Source: Glaucostegus cemiculus
Taxonomy: Eukaryota
Direction: 5' to 3'
NCBI GenBank assembly: GCA_976551045.1
Contig: CDPCPM010000052.1
Span: forward strand, 3,968,001-4,032,000
Length of the DNA: 64,000 nucleotides
Below the pieces are notes generated by a model. The model ran no database searches. It was given only the letters and a program-made list of their open reading frames with translations, and was not told where the DNA came from. Below are positions 1 through 14,639 of this stretch, piece by piece. The translations under genes were made by a program, and so were the position numbers. Position 1 is the stretch's first letter. The number at the start of each line of letters is the position of its first letter.

Positions 1-3000
1 GGATTTTGGCTGTGTTCTTGTGCTCTTTTGTTCCCTTCATTTTCTCGTTTTCCTTTGGGAAAGCGGAGAATAATTAAATCGAACATCTTCTCTGAGCAGC
101 TGGAGTTGAATTCCAGCTGATTCCAGCACCTGTGAAAACTGTGAGAGAGCCTCGGGGCTGCATGGTATTATAGGGAACTGTGGCTGCCTAGTGACGATGG
201 GGATGGAGCAGCACAGATTTGTTGCGGTAACATTCACTTCCTTCTGTGAGTTTCAGATGGTTTTAAAGCTAGAGTATGTGATGTGTCTTTTTAAAACTAA
301 TTAAGGGAATGATTTGTGAAACAGTGGCTATTTATTTAATTACCACTGCAGAGCTATGATACCCATATTTTACAGATTCCTATTAGTTTGCCATGTAAGT
401 AACAGACAATAATGAAATGTAATACAATGGTTTAACGGTGCACTTTATGAAATATTAAAAACATAAAATTCATAAAATACTTTATTTTCCATCAACAGTA
501 CACCCATACTGTTTAGTATAAAAATGCTGCAAAGTGAAAATACCTCAAATATCTGACACGTGTCAAATATTAGTCATTATAGCATCAGTCCTCTCATTTT
601 GTATCTCTGACCTGTTCAAGAAAAATAAGTCTTCATCAAACCTAAAATGCACTACAGCAATCAGAGTGGATCGTTTGTTTGCTATACTGTATAATTAACT
701 GGTGTGTTAGGAGGTGGGGTGGAATAATAGGTTGAAAAATCATGAATATGGTAATGCAGCCTAGAACTGATGTAGTAGTGATTATTGCAATGCAGATAAA
801 GCATTTCTCGTAAGTGTCTGTGCCTACTGGAGCTTCATGAACATCTGGACCTTTTTAATTGAAAAATAGTGTAATGCAATGCAGTGGCAGTGTTTATGCT
901 AAACACTACAACCAAGATGAAATATAATGTTTTTGTATTTTTTTTACCAAATACCAATATTAGTGATGTAATTTCTTTGATAATAAAAAATAAAACTAGA
1001 TGTTTCAAATTCAAGAATATGTAAAACTTCATGCTAATTTGTATTTTGTGCCACGTATTTTGTATCTTTTCTGAAGCATATTCAGCAAGTGTTACTCAAT
1101 GATAGTTAAGTAATTTGGTCCCTTCACAACCATCATTTAAATATTTGCATGTGGAAACTTGCTGAAAATATACAGAACTACAAGAAAATCTTAGATCAGT
1201 AAAGCTGCATTTAAATGGGGAAAGTCTGAAGATTTGAGTATTTTCAGCTCTCGATTTTTTGGGGCATTATTTTCTTTTTTTTGTTTCCTTGACCTTTAAC
1301 TCGCCGTTTTTGTGAGAGGGTTGTTCAATAATCTAATGTTTGTTCATAATTTGAGAGGAGAATGATTGGCGGATGGGGTGTAGAGAAAGGGGAAATAAGG
1401 TGGGAGAGCAGACTGTTTTGGCTACCCCGCCCCAGTACCGCTGTACTCCATCTGGTGGCTTTGCTTAGAAATCAAAAACCTTCTCTCAGCTGTGACAAGC
1501 ATTTTCAAGTGGTATGAATCCTTGAGACCAAAGCCCACAACCATCTAGTAGTTAAAAAAAAACTACTGGAGCTAGTTGTATTTGATTATTGTTAATACTA
1601 ATGTAACATGCTTTTTTTTCAAAAGCCTACATTGTAAAAAATATGCAAAATTTAACTTTAAAAAATACATGTACTGAAAAGTGCTAGAGGGTTAATGCAC
1701 TGATTGCTTCAGTAAATCGCTATAATAATAATTTCACACATGTGTAACTTATGGGGATACAAGACATTGTCTCAGCTGTGATACTGGAGCATTTTGCAGT
1801 GGCTGGTTGTTCGATTGTGGGAGATGAGAAAAGGTGTCAAGGCTGCTTTTGTCACCTGATAGTAGTCTCTTTAACCAGAGTTATTTTGTTGGGCTTGTGA
1901 AGTAAAGAAAAGAAAAAAAAAGCATGACTTTGAAAAGGTATAAATCTGGCTTCTTGGGTTGCAGTGTCTTCCAATGTACAAATAATCCACTCTGTAGGTG
2001 GGAAATCTTTTGGGTGGTTGTGTAATTTAGTCTAGACAGTATCAACTATTTTTAACACCCATAGATCAATATTGTTCATGATGTTAGAGAGGTCTATATT
2101 ATATATTACAGTCTTAATCGAAGAAAGAACATTGGATAGGGAACATAAACCAGTGCAAGTTGTATTGTCCTGAGTGGGGTAGTTAGGGACACGATCGTTC
2201 AAGAGCTGAAGAAGTTGCTGTTTCTGTGTAGCCTTACTGAATCTCTCCACATTTAAAAACGTCGCCACTTGCTGTTGTTCTTTCTTTGAGTTGGAGCAAA
2301 TGGTTCCTGAGTGTCTTTATTTACAGAACTCTTATCACTGTTGAATCTGATGTGTAGGCCTTTTATTGATGATGGATACTGAGGAAATACCCAGCCACTA
2401 TTGATCTCCTTCACCTTATTGAGATGACAGATAATCAAAATGTAAATATGTAATGCTGTGCTTTTTATATTTCAAGTAATAAAGCAACTCATTTCCATAG
2501 ATTCTTGGTGTTTCAGAGAAGGATATCTCTATAATATGCTGCCTTTTATTTTGGGCAATTCTGGATGACTATTTTATAATTTGTCTGACTCTTTTATGTG
2601 TAGAGGTTGCAACTGTCATCTGGTTCAATTGCAAAAGGACCCATGTAATTTGCTTTATGATCGATATTCAGTAACTGCTGGTACCTCTGACTGAAAAGTA
2701 CCACGACACTATCAATCCCATGGACTTTCTGGTTCCGCATGTGGGAGTTATTCTCCATTCAAAGCCTCGCCTGCATGTCCAGTAGATCACTCATCTAGTC
2801 AGGCTGCTGTTTTAAATGCCAGAGCAGTCTTCTGCAAGTTGCTGTCATCGTAGTTTTCTTTTACAGAGTACTTGAAATCAATTGCAGATGTAAGAGTTGG
2901 GTCTCGGGGAGACTAATGTAATGCACCTTGATGAACGTGCTTTCACTTTCCAATCTAGGTTCACAAAAAAAAACAAGGTTCTTCTGGGCTCTTTGACCTG

Positions 3001-3139
3001 CTCTTGCAGTGTTTATTTACTGTTTTGGAGAGCAGGCAATTGTATACGTTTCATTGAAGGAGCTGAAGTTGCAAGGCCTCAAGCTTTCAGAAAATTTGTG
3101 TTATCTATATTGTACTGCATTCAATGCACCAAATGAAGC

Positions 3140-3620
3140 TTTACAACCCACATGGTTTGATGTGCTTTGAGTCAGGTGAACTTTATCCAATTAACTTCTC
3201 AATCTACAATCACATCCCTTTATTCTTTATTTCCTTGTGTAGTTATCCAGTTTCCTCTTAAATTGGATCTATGCTATTGACTTCAACCATTCTATGGTAG
3301 AAAATTCAACATGATTCTCACAAATCTTTTTAAGTTTTCTCTGAATTTACTTACTTGTGACTATACTTATGGTCTCTAATTTTTGACATACTCCAAATGG
3401 AAAGGTTATTTGTATATTTACCATATTGAACTCCTAGACAATTTTCAAGACTTAAGTTGGATCACTCCTTAGCTTTTTCTGAAGGAAAGCCCTTTAAAAT
3501 TGTTGCCTGATAACTGTTTAATTCTAATGTTATGTTTGTAATTTCCTTGTACAATCTCCAGTTCTTGTTATGCTTGTAATATGGAGATCAAAATGAGTGC
3601 ACCACTTTCTAAGTTAATGA
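3140..3620 (-). mobile_element. Decayed CR1 LINE 3' fragment
   Basis: Reverse-strand CR1 3' ORF2/UTR motifs (tatccagtttcctcttaaat, atatggagatcaaaatg); no intact ORF. Confidence 0.55.
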
Positions 3621-3854
3621 ATCTTTCGACCCCTGCATTTCCCCAACCCATGACCTGCTCCGCATGTGCTTAAAATAAATAATTAAATAGATAGATATGT
3701 AGGCCCCACATTGGCATCATGAGGGACCATACAACCCAGAACTGGCGTGGAAGCTAACCATCCTCCATCTGGAGGGACCACCAAAGAGAAGAGAAGAACA
3801 AAATTGAGTTTGGCTCTCCAGGTGTGATCTAACCATGGCAATGTTTAACACAAC

Positions 3855-4130
3855 ACTTTTTCTCTCATCTCCCTCTCCCAACAGGCAGAAGGTACTAAAG
3901 CCTGAAAGCATGTACCACCAGGCTCAAGGTCAGCTTCTATCCTGCTGTTATAAGACTATTGAACGGTTCCCTAGTACAATAATATGGATTCTTGACCTCA
4001 CAATCTACCTTGTTATGACCTTGCACCTTATTGTCTACCTGCATTGCATGTTCTGTGTAGATGCTACACTTTATTCTGCATTCTGTTGTTGTTTTACCTT
4101 GTACTACCTCAATACACTGTGTAATGCATC
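3855..4130 (+). mobile_element. Rex1/Babar LINE 3' end
   Basis: Decayed LPxGRRY..KA.TTRLK.SFYPAVIRLLN C-terminus (caggcagaaggtac...cagcttctatcctgctgttataagactattgaa) plus 3' UTR. Homologous to the reverse copy at 57350-57710. Confidence 0.75.
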
Positions 4131-6149
4131 TTTAAATGCGAAATTCTGTTATGCAGGGATCATGTAGCTGATTGACCCTTGAGAAGAATGTGGGATTTCC
4201 AAGTACTTCATCTTTTCAGAATTTGTTTCTCTGCCTGGTTCTCTTCTTACACTCCCACTTCTTCCTTCCTGTCTCCCCACTTTCTGGACTCCAAATGGAT
4301 GTCATATATCAGATGTATTTCTTGGAGCAGCTGAGGGATTAAGAACAATAACCACGGGGTTATTGACGCTACTGCTTTGATGATAGTTGTGATAAATATT
4401 CTGTGGAAAAGAGCACCCTAGCAAAATTAAAGTTAAAACTTTCCAGCAAATGTGGAATAACTGTTTCTCTGCAAGTTATTTTCTCTATATTTGCATTTAG
4501 TTTTGGTGGTGACTAGTTAGCTCTGACCATTTTGGCAGAGTTGCATTCCTGTCTCAAGCATTTGAAGTATTAAATATTTAAGAGAAATGAGAATTGAGGG
4601 GATTTGGCAAGTGCTTGGTGGTATCCTGCTTAATCCAGTAGGTGATCTGTACCCTGGAGCTACCTGCCTTTCCCCTCTCTGACACAGAAGCACAATAGTC
4701 TGATTTTCTGTCCTTTCCACCATTCTGTTATTTAATGATGCTGTGGACCTCGTTCTTTGTTTATTATTACCCCACTATCACCTCTACCCATTTAATTACT
4801 GCTGCACTCTAGCCTATTTATGGATGACTGTAGATTGTTTTTGGGTAGAGCTGTTGTCATAGTAAGTAATCCTAGGACACAGTTTAGTTTAAAAACCAAG
4901 TTGTAAACGGGAGCTAGTGCAGGTAAGTGCCCACAGATGATGGACTTTGTGCATGCACTCCCTTTTACACATTTCATCTATCTGACAACCACATCAACTT
5001 GAAACACAAATTCTGTTTCTTTTCTCTCTGCAGGTGCTGCCTGATGTGCTGAATATTTTGCAGTGTTTTGTGTATTTATATCAAGTTGACAATTACATTG
5101 TAAAAGATTTCTTCATAATTAAGATTGTTTTGGTTTTGTCAAAGATTATTGATTTGGGCTTCACCTTTCAAAGGAATTTGCTGAAATTTGGTTCATGGGT
5201 TTTTAAGAACCTAAAAGAGCAAGGTCCTGGTATGGAATAAAATTGACAGACATTGCCAGTTAATAGATGTATTAATGAAATGATGTTACTTTTGAGTTCA
5301 GCTGGATTTCAGTAATTACTGATAATCATGTGGAAGATGATTTTGAAAAGAAAATGGTGACGACTGTTCAAGTTTTGGACTTGAGTAGTGCTGAAGTTTC
5401 ATGTCATGTTCTGTCATATTCAGCTATATTTTGATAGTACACATTTTGGATCCAAAAAAAAAATTTGGCTAGGTTGTTCCAGGCACCACAGTTGGATAGA
5501 GATACTGGCTGACTGTTTCAGCATTTGGATTTACTGGTGGCCGTTTAATGCCACTGATTTAGCACATCAACTTTTTATGTTACTTATCCGATATTGTGTC
5601 TTTTTCTCTATCTTTGGAAGGAGGTTTAAATATGTGCTTTGATTTGTTGCCTTTGAACCAACAGACGACAGAAATGTGCAGAGCTGGGCTTTTACTCTCT
5701 GATAATGTGGCAGTGTAGCCAAGCCCAATTCTACCCTTGCAATTTGTCCAAATGTATAATTCCAGCAGCTGGTAACGATCAATGATGAGGGTAATTTTTC
5801 TGATCATTTTTCAAGGTCGCTGAGCCAACAGTTTGGGGCACAGGTTGTGGATCAAACCTGGGACACCACTGATGAGGAAGGGTGTGGGTGTTCCTGGGGG
5901 GAGAAAAGCTATTGGATCACTTTGGAGCAATGCTAAGCCAATGCATTTTAAGACATTTCACTAGAATCTGTGCAGATCAACATTTTGTCAGGTTACACCA
6001 TCCTATAATAATGTTGATGCAGCAAGGGTTTTGTGTTGTGATCCTCATAGTTTAGTGGATTATCCTCCTAGCCTGTTTATAAGGCTAATTAGTCATATTA
6101 GTATCAAGGGAATTCCTTTGTAATTAAAACAAAATTAAGTATCACTAAA

Positions 6150-6500
6150 CTTAGAAACAAAAAATAGGAACAGTAGGGAAATTCAACTCTTAGTCTGTTC
6201 TGCCATTCCATGTGGCTCAAACTGACCATCCAAATTCAATACCCGGCTCCATTTTGTTCCCATTATCCCTTGAAACCTTGATCTCTCTGGCCTAAGACAT
6301 CTTTGAATATCTTAAATAATTTTGCTTCAACTACTTTCTGTGGTAGAGAGCTCCACAGGTTCGTTCGTTCTTCTTCAGAAGAAATTTCTCCTTAGCTCAG
6401 TGCGGAGTAGTCTATCCTTTCTCCTTAGATGTGACCATGGTCCTGGACTCCCCAGCTATAAGAAACACTCTTCCTCCATCTAATCTGTCCAATCCTGGTT
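6150..6500 (-). mobile_element. Decayed CR1 LINE 3' end
   Basis: Typical reverse CR1 tail and 3' end (aaataggaacagtagg, tctgtggtagagagctccacagg, gaagaaatttctcctt). Confidence 0.6.
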
Positions 6501-8984
6501 TATAAAAGCATGGTATCTGTAAGGAGAAGTTAAGGAAAAGAATTCTGCAGTTTTAATATCCTCACTTAAAGTATTATTAAATAGTAATGCCCTGATGATC
6601 AAGCTCAGTGAAAGTAGTAAGTTCTGAGTATGCCATTCTTGTGTATCAGAATAAAAAAGGAAAGTTTAAAACTTGGAGGTTTATTAATAAACTAGGATGA
6701 AGAAAGATTGGCAACTCCAGGGTGCAAAAGCATTACTTCATGAAACAAATAGAATCTTCGATATTTTGTACAGAAATGTCACAGCTACTAGAAAAGACGC
6801 TTCAGAAAGGGGAGAAATATTGGGCTGCTTAGTTGTTATGGAGTTGCCTTTCCAAAGGTTGAATTGCAGGGCAACAGAAGTTTTTGAGGCAGCTTAAAAG
6901 TTCAAATGCAACACAGCCATTGCATTTGAGAAATTTTGCCTATTGTGAAAGAGAAAATGGGTTGTTCAGTGCCCTGTTGAAAGATGTGGAGGAGATTAAT
7001 GTGTGTTCATTCAGTTCTTGAATTTGGGGAAACTAGAAGTTGTAAATATGAAGTGAGCAAGCTGAAAGGCAGATGGGTAGTTCGGGTGCAGTAGTGAAGG
7101 AAGGAAAGTATTGAAATGCAGCAGGAAAAAAAAGACAAAAGAATGGTGCCTGGTAGGTTTTGAAGGACGAGATCATCCCTGACTTTTTGGATGATTCATG
7201 ACAGAACTGGGATCTTGCATCAGTTTTATTTTGCAGTTTTTAATTGACATAAATTTCAGCTATGATATTAAGTAAACAGCTGAAAGCTAGAGCAAGAATT
7301 GATATAAAACCTTGTTTACTACTTCATGACTAATGAAGTTTTCTAAAATGTCAGTATTGATATTTCAGGACCAGAATTTGTGAAGTTGTCCATGCATGGA
7401 GTAATTTTTCTTGGAGTTTTCTATTTGCATACATGAGGCATGTGACTGTGAAAGAGATTCTTTCATTCCTGAGTGATGACCAAGTGCGCGACCATGTGAG
7501 GAAAAGTATGAACTAACAATGGCATTCGGGATTTTATATAACCATTATTTTGTGAACAGTGAAAGAGCATACAAAAAACATTTCAAGCCACTACATCATC
7601 CTGATGGTGATTTTGGTCATCTGGCCTAATATATCTTTGTACTTTGGCATCTTATTTTGTTTTTGGGTGCCCCTGGGAAGACATGCAGGTTGCTATTGCC
7701 ATATTTTCCAGTAGGTTTGCATCAACTGTGCAATAGCAAATTGTAGTGTTATTGTTAATAAACGTCTTTGAGGCACAATGGGTATATGATTCATGACACA
7801 GAACCTGTTGTACAATCACTACGTCAGTTTACTCACTAAAACAGTCTACTAATGAACATGGAGAATAAACACTACTGGATCTTTCCCCAGTAAAAGTTCT
7901 GTATTTATTTCTGAAACATTGCAGTGAGTGGAGGACTTCCTTAAAAGTTATGTGCATAACATCAGTTACTGTCAAACCAAGTTTGATCTGATGTGATATT
8001 TCTCTCCCTGGCCATAATTTTGTCACCCATAGTAAAGTATAATGCATTGACTAGTGGTCATGTACAGTGGCGATGGTCCTGTCTGCAAAAAGGAATTTGT
8101 TTTTTTACATGTCAGCAAAACAGAAGCTGGAACATTGAAGAGTAGAGATCTGGTGGATGGAGTGAGGAAATCAAATTAAATTTAGAATTGTGTTTAATTG
8201 TAGATTGCCCTTTTAACTTTACTACACTGACAGTGAGCATAAACCTCAATAATGCAATTAAGTTCAATAAAATGGCTCCACTCTACTCAAAATGGTCAGT
8301 TGACCTATTTCCACAAATCAATCTTTGTATATTTGCCAATTAACCCTGCTGTTACTATTTGTCCTGCAGCTTACATTGATGCTTGCCTGCTATTTGACCC
8401 CATATGCCAGTTTGTCCGTGGTGCATGTTGAAGACTTGTCTATGAAGAATAAGCAACAATTTTGATACAATGAGAAAGATTTGTCTTGTTCTGTTTTTAT
8501 CTGCCCATTTTTATAAAATGCTCCTCTTAAAAATTGCATCTTTGTAAATTTCAGTCCTTGATATTCCCCAAGTAAAAAATTTGGTGTTTTCAATTTCATT
8601 GTTTAAATATCCCCAGTGTAGGTCTTTGGTTTGATTTGTTTCTCCCATAAAATCAATCCAGTGATATTCTCTTCCACTCAAGTGAAATGGTGAATTGTCA
8701 ATCTACACAATTATTTAGGGGTTTTCTCTTAAATTTATACAGTGTGCCTAAAATGCCCCAAGTGTACTGTAAAGCATTAGATTCCCTGTGTCCTATTTCA
8801 ATGCACCAAGGAAATGTGATATTCCACCCTTAATGTATGTGCAGCTTACTGACTTAAGTAAATGCTGCTAAATGGTTTCTAAGTACACCACCATTTTGAG
8901 TAATTTTCACCATGTTTTGCACCATTTTTGTGCATGTTTTGTTAAGTTGTCACTGAAATAAATTGTTTCTAAATTTTTTTTGTA

Positions 8985-9300
8985 GAGAAAGAACTTTGCA
9001 TTTCCCCAGAGCACTCTGTACCCATTACTTCAGAAGCATTTTCACTGTTTTGTAAGCAAACAGCGAGTCAGCGTGCATGTAGCAGTGTTGCATAATCGGC
9101 ATTGTGATAACCTGCTTCTTGTGGTGTTGGTGGAGAATAATTGTGGCTAGGATGCTTAAAATTTTTCTGCTGTCTTTCCCTCTATAATGTCATAGGCTCA
9201 TTTTTTCCCCCCGAGCACGCAGATGAACCTTTGGTTTCATGTCTCTCCAAGGACTTTGATGTCACTCAACTTCAGTACTGTACTGAAATTTCAGGTGTGC
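8985..9300 (-). mobile_element. Deu-domain SINE remnant (SacSINE1/AmnSINE-like)
   Basis: Resembles the reverse-complement Deu core (gcagatgaacctttggtttcatgtctc...cagtactgtactg) with L2-like tail gaaagaactttgcattt. Confidence 0.5.
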
Positions 9301-12300
9301 ATTCAGTACCAGGAATGTAGGTGGATGCAGAGTTGAAAGCTCCACTGCGCCAAATACATCATTGTGCCAAATGAGTGAAAAATAATAGTTGGATGAATGT
9401 CTTGTGCCAAGTTTGAGAAATTGCAAGTTACTATTCCTTTCACTGGACACATGCTTTATAGGTAACTTTTGCAAGTGTACAACTGACTGTACTGTCAACA
9501 ATACTTTAGTTATATGTATATTATTAACTATTTTCTTACTGTTAAACATTCTTTGAAGAGTGGACTAGGTCATTGCAACACAGCACTTGTGTTTGAGAAT
9601 ATTTGTTCAGTAAATAACACTCGTTTTTGCTACTTGAAAATCCGTCAAGTTTGTGTGCCGTGGTTTTCAAAATCACAAATCTTGTGAAATAAAGCAGCAG
9701 TGATTAATCATTGACAACTTAGTTTGAAGTCAAAGTTTTTAAACTGGCTGTTTTTTCCCCGAAACACTAATGATCACTTATCTTGCACAGAAATATTTCT
9801 GTATAACAAAGAAATAAATAGTTAAAAATATTTTGTTCCTTCTCAAAATTAATTTGGTCAAATAACTGCATTCTTCGTCAACAATATAATGTAAATTTTT
9901 GATACCTTTTTATTGCTTTCTTAAATGGCTTAGCAATTGAATGTTATGAAATGGTTCTTTTTAGTAATTTACAAGAGTATTAATGACTGTCCTGCAACCT
10001 CTATCTAGTGATATATCATCTGATAATGGATTGAAGAATATGTTTCTCCAATAGTATTTGATTAAATCTTTACATCGACATTTAAGTCTTTGAGGAGCAC
10101 CCTGTTCTCCAAGGATTAATAGAGTTTGGAATGTGTAATTCATTCTTATGGTGATAAAAATCCTATTTTAACATTTAAAGCTTATTGATTTTTCTAGAAA
10201 GTGATTTAAAGAGATAGAAGTTTTAAAAAATTACATTTGAACACCTCTGGAATTACTTGGCAATGATGTTGTGTTATCAGTATGGAATATGGCATTAATG
10301 GAATAGATCATGTAACTGTGAATTATTTATGTGGCCTAGATCTTCTCAACATAGGTTTTATCTCTGCACTGTGGATGAATGCTCATTTTTTGAATCACAA
10401 GCACACTGTAGTTACTTACATTTTTACATTGCTTGAATAAGTCACTGTATATTGAAAAGGATTGTTTTGTCACTTATTCATGATGGTAGAACTACTTCAA
10501 TCATGTTGTAATAATTTGAGTGTTACTCCTAGTATTTTATTTTGTAATATTTTTCCCTGGGACATGTGAAAATGTATTTTTGAGTAGATCTGCCCAATAT
10601 AATGAGGATAAAATGTACAGCATCTTTAAGAAATGTTGATTGAAATTCTGTGTGGGAGCTAGTATGAATTATAATCTACAGTACAGTTGTTATAGGATCC
10701 CCTGGATATTTCTTCAAGTTCAAACTTGTGATTTTGAGGCCCTATTTTATGTAGTTGGTCCATCGACCTTAAGATACTATATTGGAAAGCAGCAAATTGA
10801 CAGAATCCTGACTTCTGGTTTGAAGGTTCAAGAATTGAACAGTCTTAATAAACCCAGATCAGCAATGGATTAAGTCTCACACAGAAAGGGTGATCAAGGT
10901 GGCCATTATGGCAATGGCAAAATATGACGTGGATGCTCTTGATGCTGGCATTAAAACAACTTAACAAGACCTTTTACCTTTTGCCTTGTGTGATAACTGA
11001 CACTAATATTCCCAAAGTGATACTCGGTTTATGTTTGCTCCCAAAAATAGACATCTCGGTGACTTCTGCAATGATTGGAAGGGTCCTGAGTGCAATATGT
11101 TGCCTTTAATTCATTCATCCTTCAAAAAGATCTAATTTTAGTCAATTCACACACATCAGCAATTAAAGTATTAAAATTTTCAGACATTCTGGTGTGTAGT
11201 TTTTACTGCTACGAATGTGTGGATCAATGAAATGCTAATTTAAAATATTAATAATTGTGTACTGTGCAGCCTACAAGGTGTCACATCTAATTTAGTAGGT
11301 CATCAAATGCTGTGTGAGGCAATAAGCAGCATGTGTCCACCATCATGTGGATATTTAGTGCAGACAATTGTTTCACTTAGCCATTTTCTTACATCTGAAG
11401 TACTGTTACATTAACAGAAATGAGCAAATGTGCCTACCGTTGTACAGATTGTGCTTAAAGCAACTCTTGGAAATATCTGCACTGTTTTAAAACATTGGAC
11501 TTCCATGCTATAGTGTTTTCTTTAACCTGATTTTATCATTCTGCACTGGAAGCACCCTGTGGTCCAGTCAGACTTCATTTGATTAGCTGTGCTGAGCAGT
11601 AATGTGGTACAGTTTCCCTGCAGCTCCTTGTTTATTGAGCTTTTGGGCTGTCAGAGAGGTTCTCATTAGAAATGTGGTCCCCCTACAGGAGGAAACAGTT
11701 GCGGGGAAAAAATACAAACTGCTTTATATAAATTGCAGAATCAGAACATGAGAAAGCTCTTGCAAAAGTGCTGCATGCACCTTGTTTATGTAGGAGACTG
11801 ATGCATATGAATCAGACGCTCCAAAGAAATTATGGTTGATGATTTAATGAGGAGCTGAAGAGCACATTTAAAACAATGTTGAAAAGGCCATTTGGAATTG
11901 CCCAATTCACAATGCCAGTGTTATTGGTAAATATTTTGTGCACCAACTGCCCGAGAGTTTTCAGATATCCAAGGGCAACACTGAAGATACACACTATACA
12001 GTGACTACTGCAGTTTAGAATAGAGTGGGTAGAATGATGGGGGAACTAGATTCAGCTTGTTTTGGGTAGAGATTTGGATGAATTCTTCAAAAGTAAAATC
12101 GACAAGACCATGAGGGAAGAGCCAGGGGATTGAGATTAATTGGAAAGCGCTACCAAAATGCTTGCAAAAGCACAGCTGGACATACAGGTGCCTTGTGTGC
12201 TGTACTGTTACCTTTTTTAGACACAGTCACCCACCAAAGGTGCCTAAAGCTTGTGTTGGTTGCAGTGAGGTGAGGTGAATGGTTTTATGGGTATTGCAGC

Positions 12301-13084
12301 ATTAAAAATGCAATTTATACTATTGTGCTATTAAATTGTAGCTTTACATATCTTGAACCTGACACTCTCACTTGTTAAGTCAGGTTCTTCATTGTGTGTT
12401 GCTTTTATTTCAGCTGGAGGTCAGAATGCCCTTTTTAATACTTTGAAGTGTGACTCTTGAAACTAGATTTTCTGATTGGCATTATTATATTATTGGGAGT
12501 ATCCCATTTATGTGCCTTGTTAAGCAGAACATTTATTTTAAATGTGTTCCTGCTGGTATTAAAATAACTGATTGGAAAATCTAGACTCTGATCTCAATTA
12601 AAACGATTTTCATTTGGTGAAAAAGATTCTCTGCACTGCAGTGATTGATCTTGCTTCTTTATTTATATATCATTTTAATGTGGTGCCTTCCCGGTTAATG
12701 ACAAAATCCAATAGATGCATGTGATTGTAATCTTGAAATTGATTAAAAGATCATTTACAATTTTGCAGTTTTAGATTCCTAGCTTTTGATAGGTTGTACT
12801 GTCATCCTTTTTGTCATTTAATTTATTCTCTTTTTTTTAGCCTATCAGGAAGCTTCCCGTGTTTTCCTCCCCCCTCCCTACTGTTTTCTCGTCCACCTCT
12901 TAACTCTGTCATCACAATTCTAATGAAAGGTGATCAACCTGAGACAGTGGTGTCTCTCACCGTAGATGCTGCTGGACTTGTTCAATATTTCCAGTGTTCC
13001 ATTTTATTTCAGCTTTAGTTTTTTTTGTATGCAAATTTGGATTAGGCATAGATTACTTGGCCTCTTCAGCATGCTGAAGCATTT

Positions 13085-14020
13085 AATAAGATCGTCGATT
13101 AATTGTTCTCTGGTTGGTAGGCTGTGATTAGTGTGGTACTGCAGTGATTGATGCTTGAACCCTGGCTATTCACCATCTATATGAACAGTTAAGCACATAT
13201 GTTGCTGATACAAATGTAAATGGATTGAATATGATGTAGGAAGTCTTCAAGGGGATTTAGACCACCTTTTGAGTGGGGTAGAACCTGCTGGGCACAATCT
13301 ATTTTGGCAGATTGTGAAGTTATCCACTTTCATGCATAAAACAGAAAAACAGATGTGGTAATTTTGATATTCAAAGGGATCAGAGTACTTGTACAAAAGC
13401 CACTAAAAGCCAACATATAGGTGCAGTCAGCCATTTGGAAGATAAATAGTATGTGAATTAATTGAGAGTGAATTTGTGACCAAACTAAAGCTGTCTCACT
13501 GAAGTTAGACAGGGCCTCAGTGAAACTGCACCTGAAGCATTGTTTTCCGTTTTGGTCATAATTTGAAGAAAAGAAATCTTATATGTAGAGGGAGTGCAGC
13601 AGAGATTGACTAGACTGCTTGCCGGAATGGTGGGTCTGCCACATGAGGAGAGATGAAGTGGACCAAGCCTCTATTCTGTCAAGCTTGGAAGGATGAGAGG
13701 AGATCTCATTGAAACTTGAAGCCTTACAGAGTTAAATAAGCTAGACACAAGGAGGGCATTTCCTCCTCCTGGCTGAAGTATACAGAAACGGGTCGGTCTC
13801 CAAATGAGATAAGCCTTTTAGGACTGAAATAAGGAGTATCTCTTCACACAAGGTGCAGAATTCCTTATCCTGGAGGGTCAGCCGTTTTGCTCAAAACAAA
13901 GGGCAACAGATTACTGGGCAGTATGGGAATCAGGAGGTATCTGAATCGAGAAAAATGGTGTTTAGTTGGAAGATGACGCAAAGCAGACGCAAAGGGCCAT
14001 CAGCTATTTCTTGTGTTCTC
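13085..14020 (+). mobile_element. Decayed CR1 LINE (RT C-terminal half and 3' UTR)
   Basis: Degenerate VxSGVxQG, ADDTK-like (gttgctgatacaaat), E.VQxR.TR and RMRGDLIE (ggatgagaggagatctcattgaaa) motifs with many frameshifts. Confidence 0.8.
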
Positions 14021-14210
14021 ATAGTCATAAGTGTAAAGAAGTATTGTATGTTTTGCTGAAGTACCTCCACTACAGTCAGTTCATTTATATGCTGAATAGT
14101 GTTTTCATCTCAAGGTAAATCGGCATGATTATATGAAGTGCACTTGCAAATAAATATTTCTCTGTTTGACCACTTAAATATTTTTTTTTGTTTTTTTTTT
14201 CCCCTCACAG

Positions 14211-14383
14211 GGCCACATAGGTACCACAGCAACCAAAAATATTGATGTCTACCTCCCTATGCAGACAAGCCAAGATAAGATGCAGCCAATGACTGTGGTA
14301 ACAATGGCAAATGCAAGAGTTCAAGATCTGATTGGCTTACTCTGCTGGCAGTACACCAGTGAAGGACGTGAACCCAAGCTGAA
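14211..14383 (+). CDS. MAPKAP1: MAPKAP1/SIN1 internal coding exon (173 nt, CRIM domain)
   Basis: Long T tract and cccctcacag acceptor; donor AA|gtaatt. Translates [57 protein letters not shown](N), closely matching human SIN1 GHVGTTATKKIDVYLP...[14 protein letters not shown] as recalled. Phase 0 start, phase 2 end. Confidence 0.97.
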
Positions 14384-14639
14384 GTAATTAAAGCACCTTA
14401 TTTCTTTTATGTAGAATGTTTTTATTTCCTTTTTTATTCCTGTCTTGTTTTGCAATATATTCAAACTTGTAGGTTATATGCTTTCCCAACAGGGTTAAAT
14501 AATGCAATTTTAGATTTGATTTCCTTCGAGGTCAGCAATTTTGTGTGCTTTCTTTTTATCAGTCAATTTTGTTTCATCTTGAGGGGCTTTCAATTTGGAA
14601 TCTACAGTGCAATCTGCAGGCAGTCCTTGGCTTAGCACA

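Noticed and set aside
1-14210. Preceding MAPKAP1 exon (...NPFNEYSKFDGK)
   Set aside because: Not found by eye; presumably upstream of the window.
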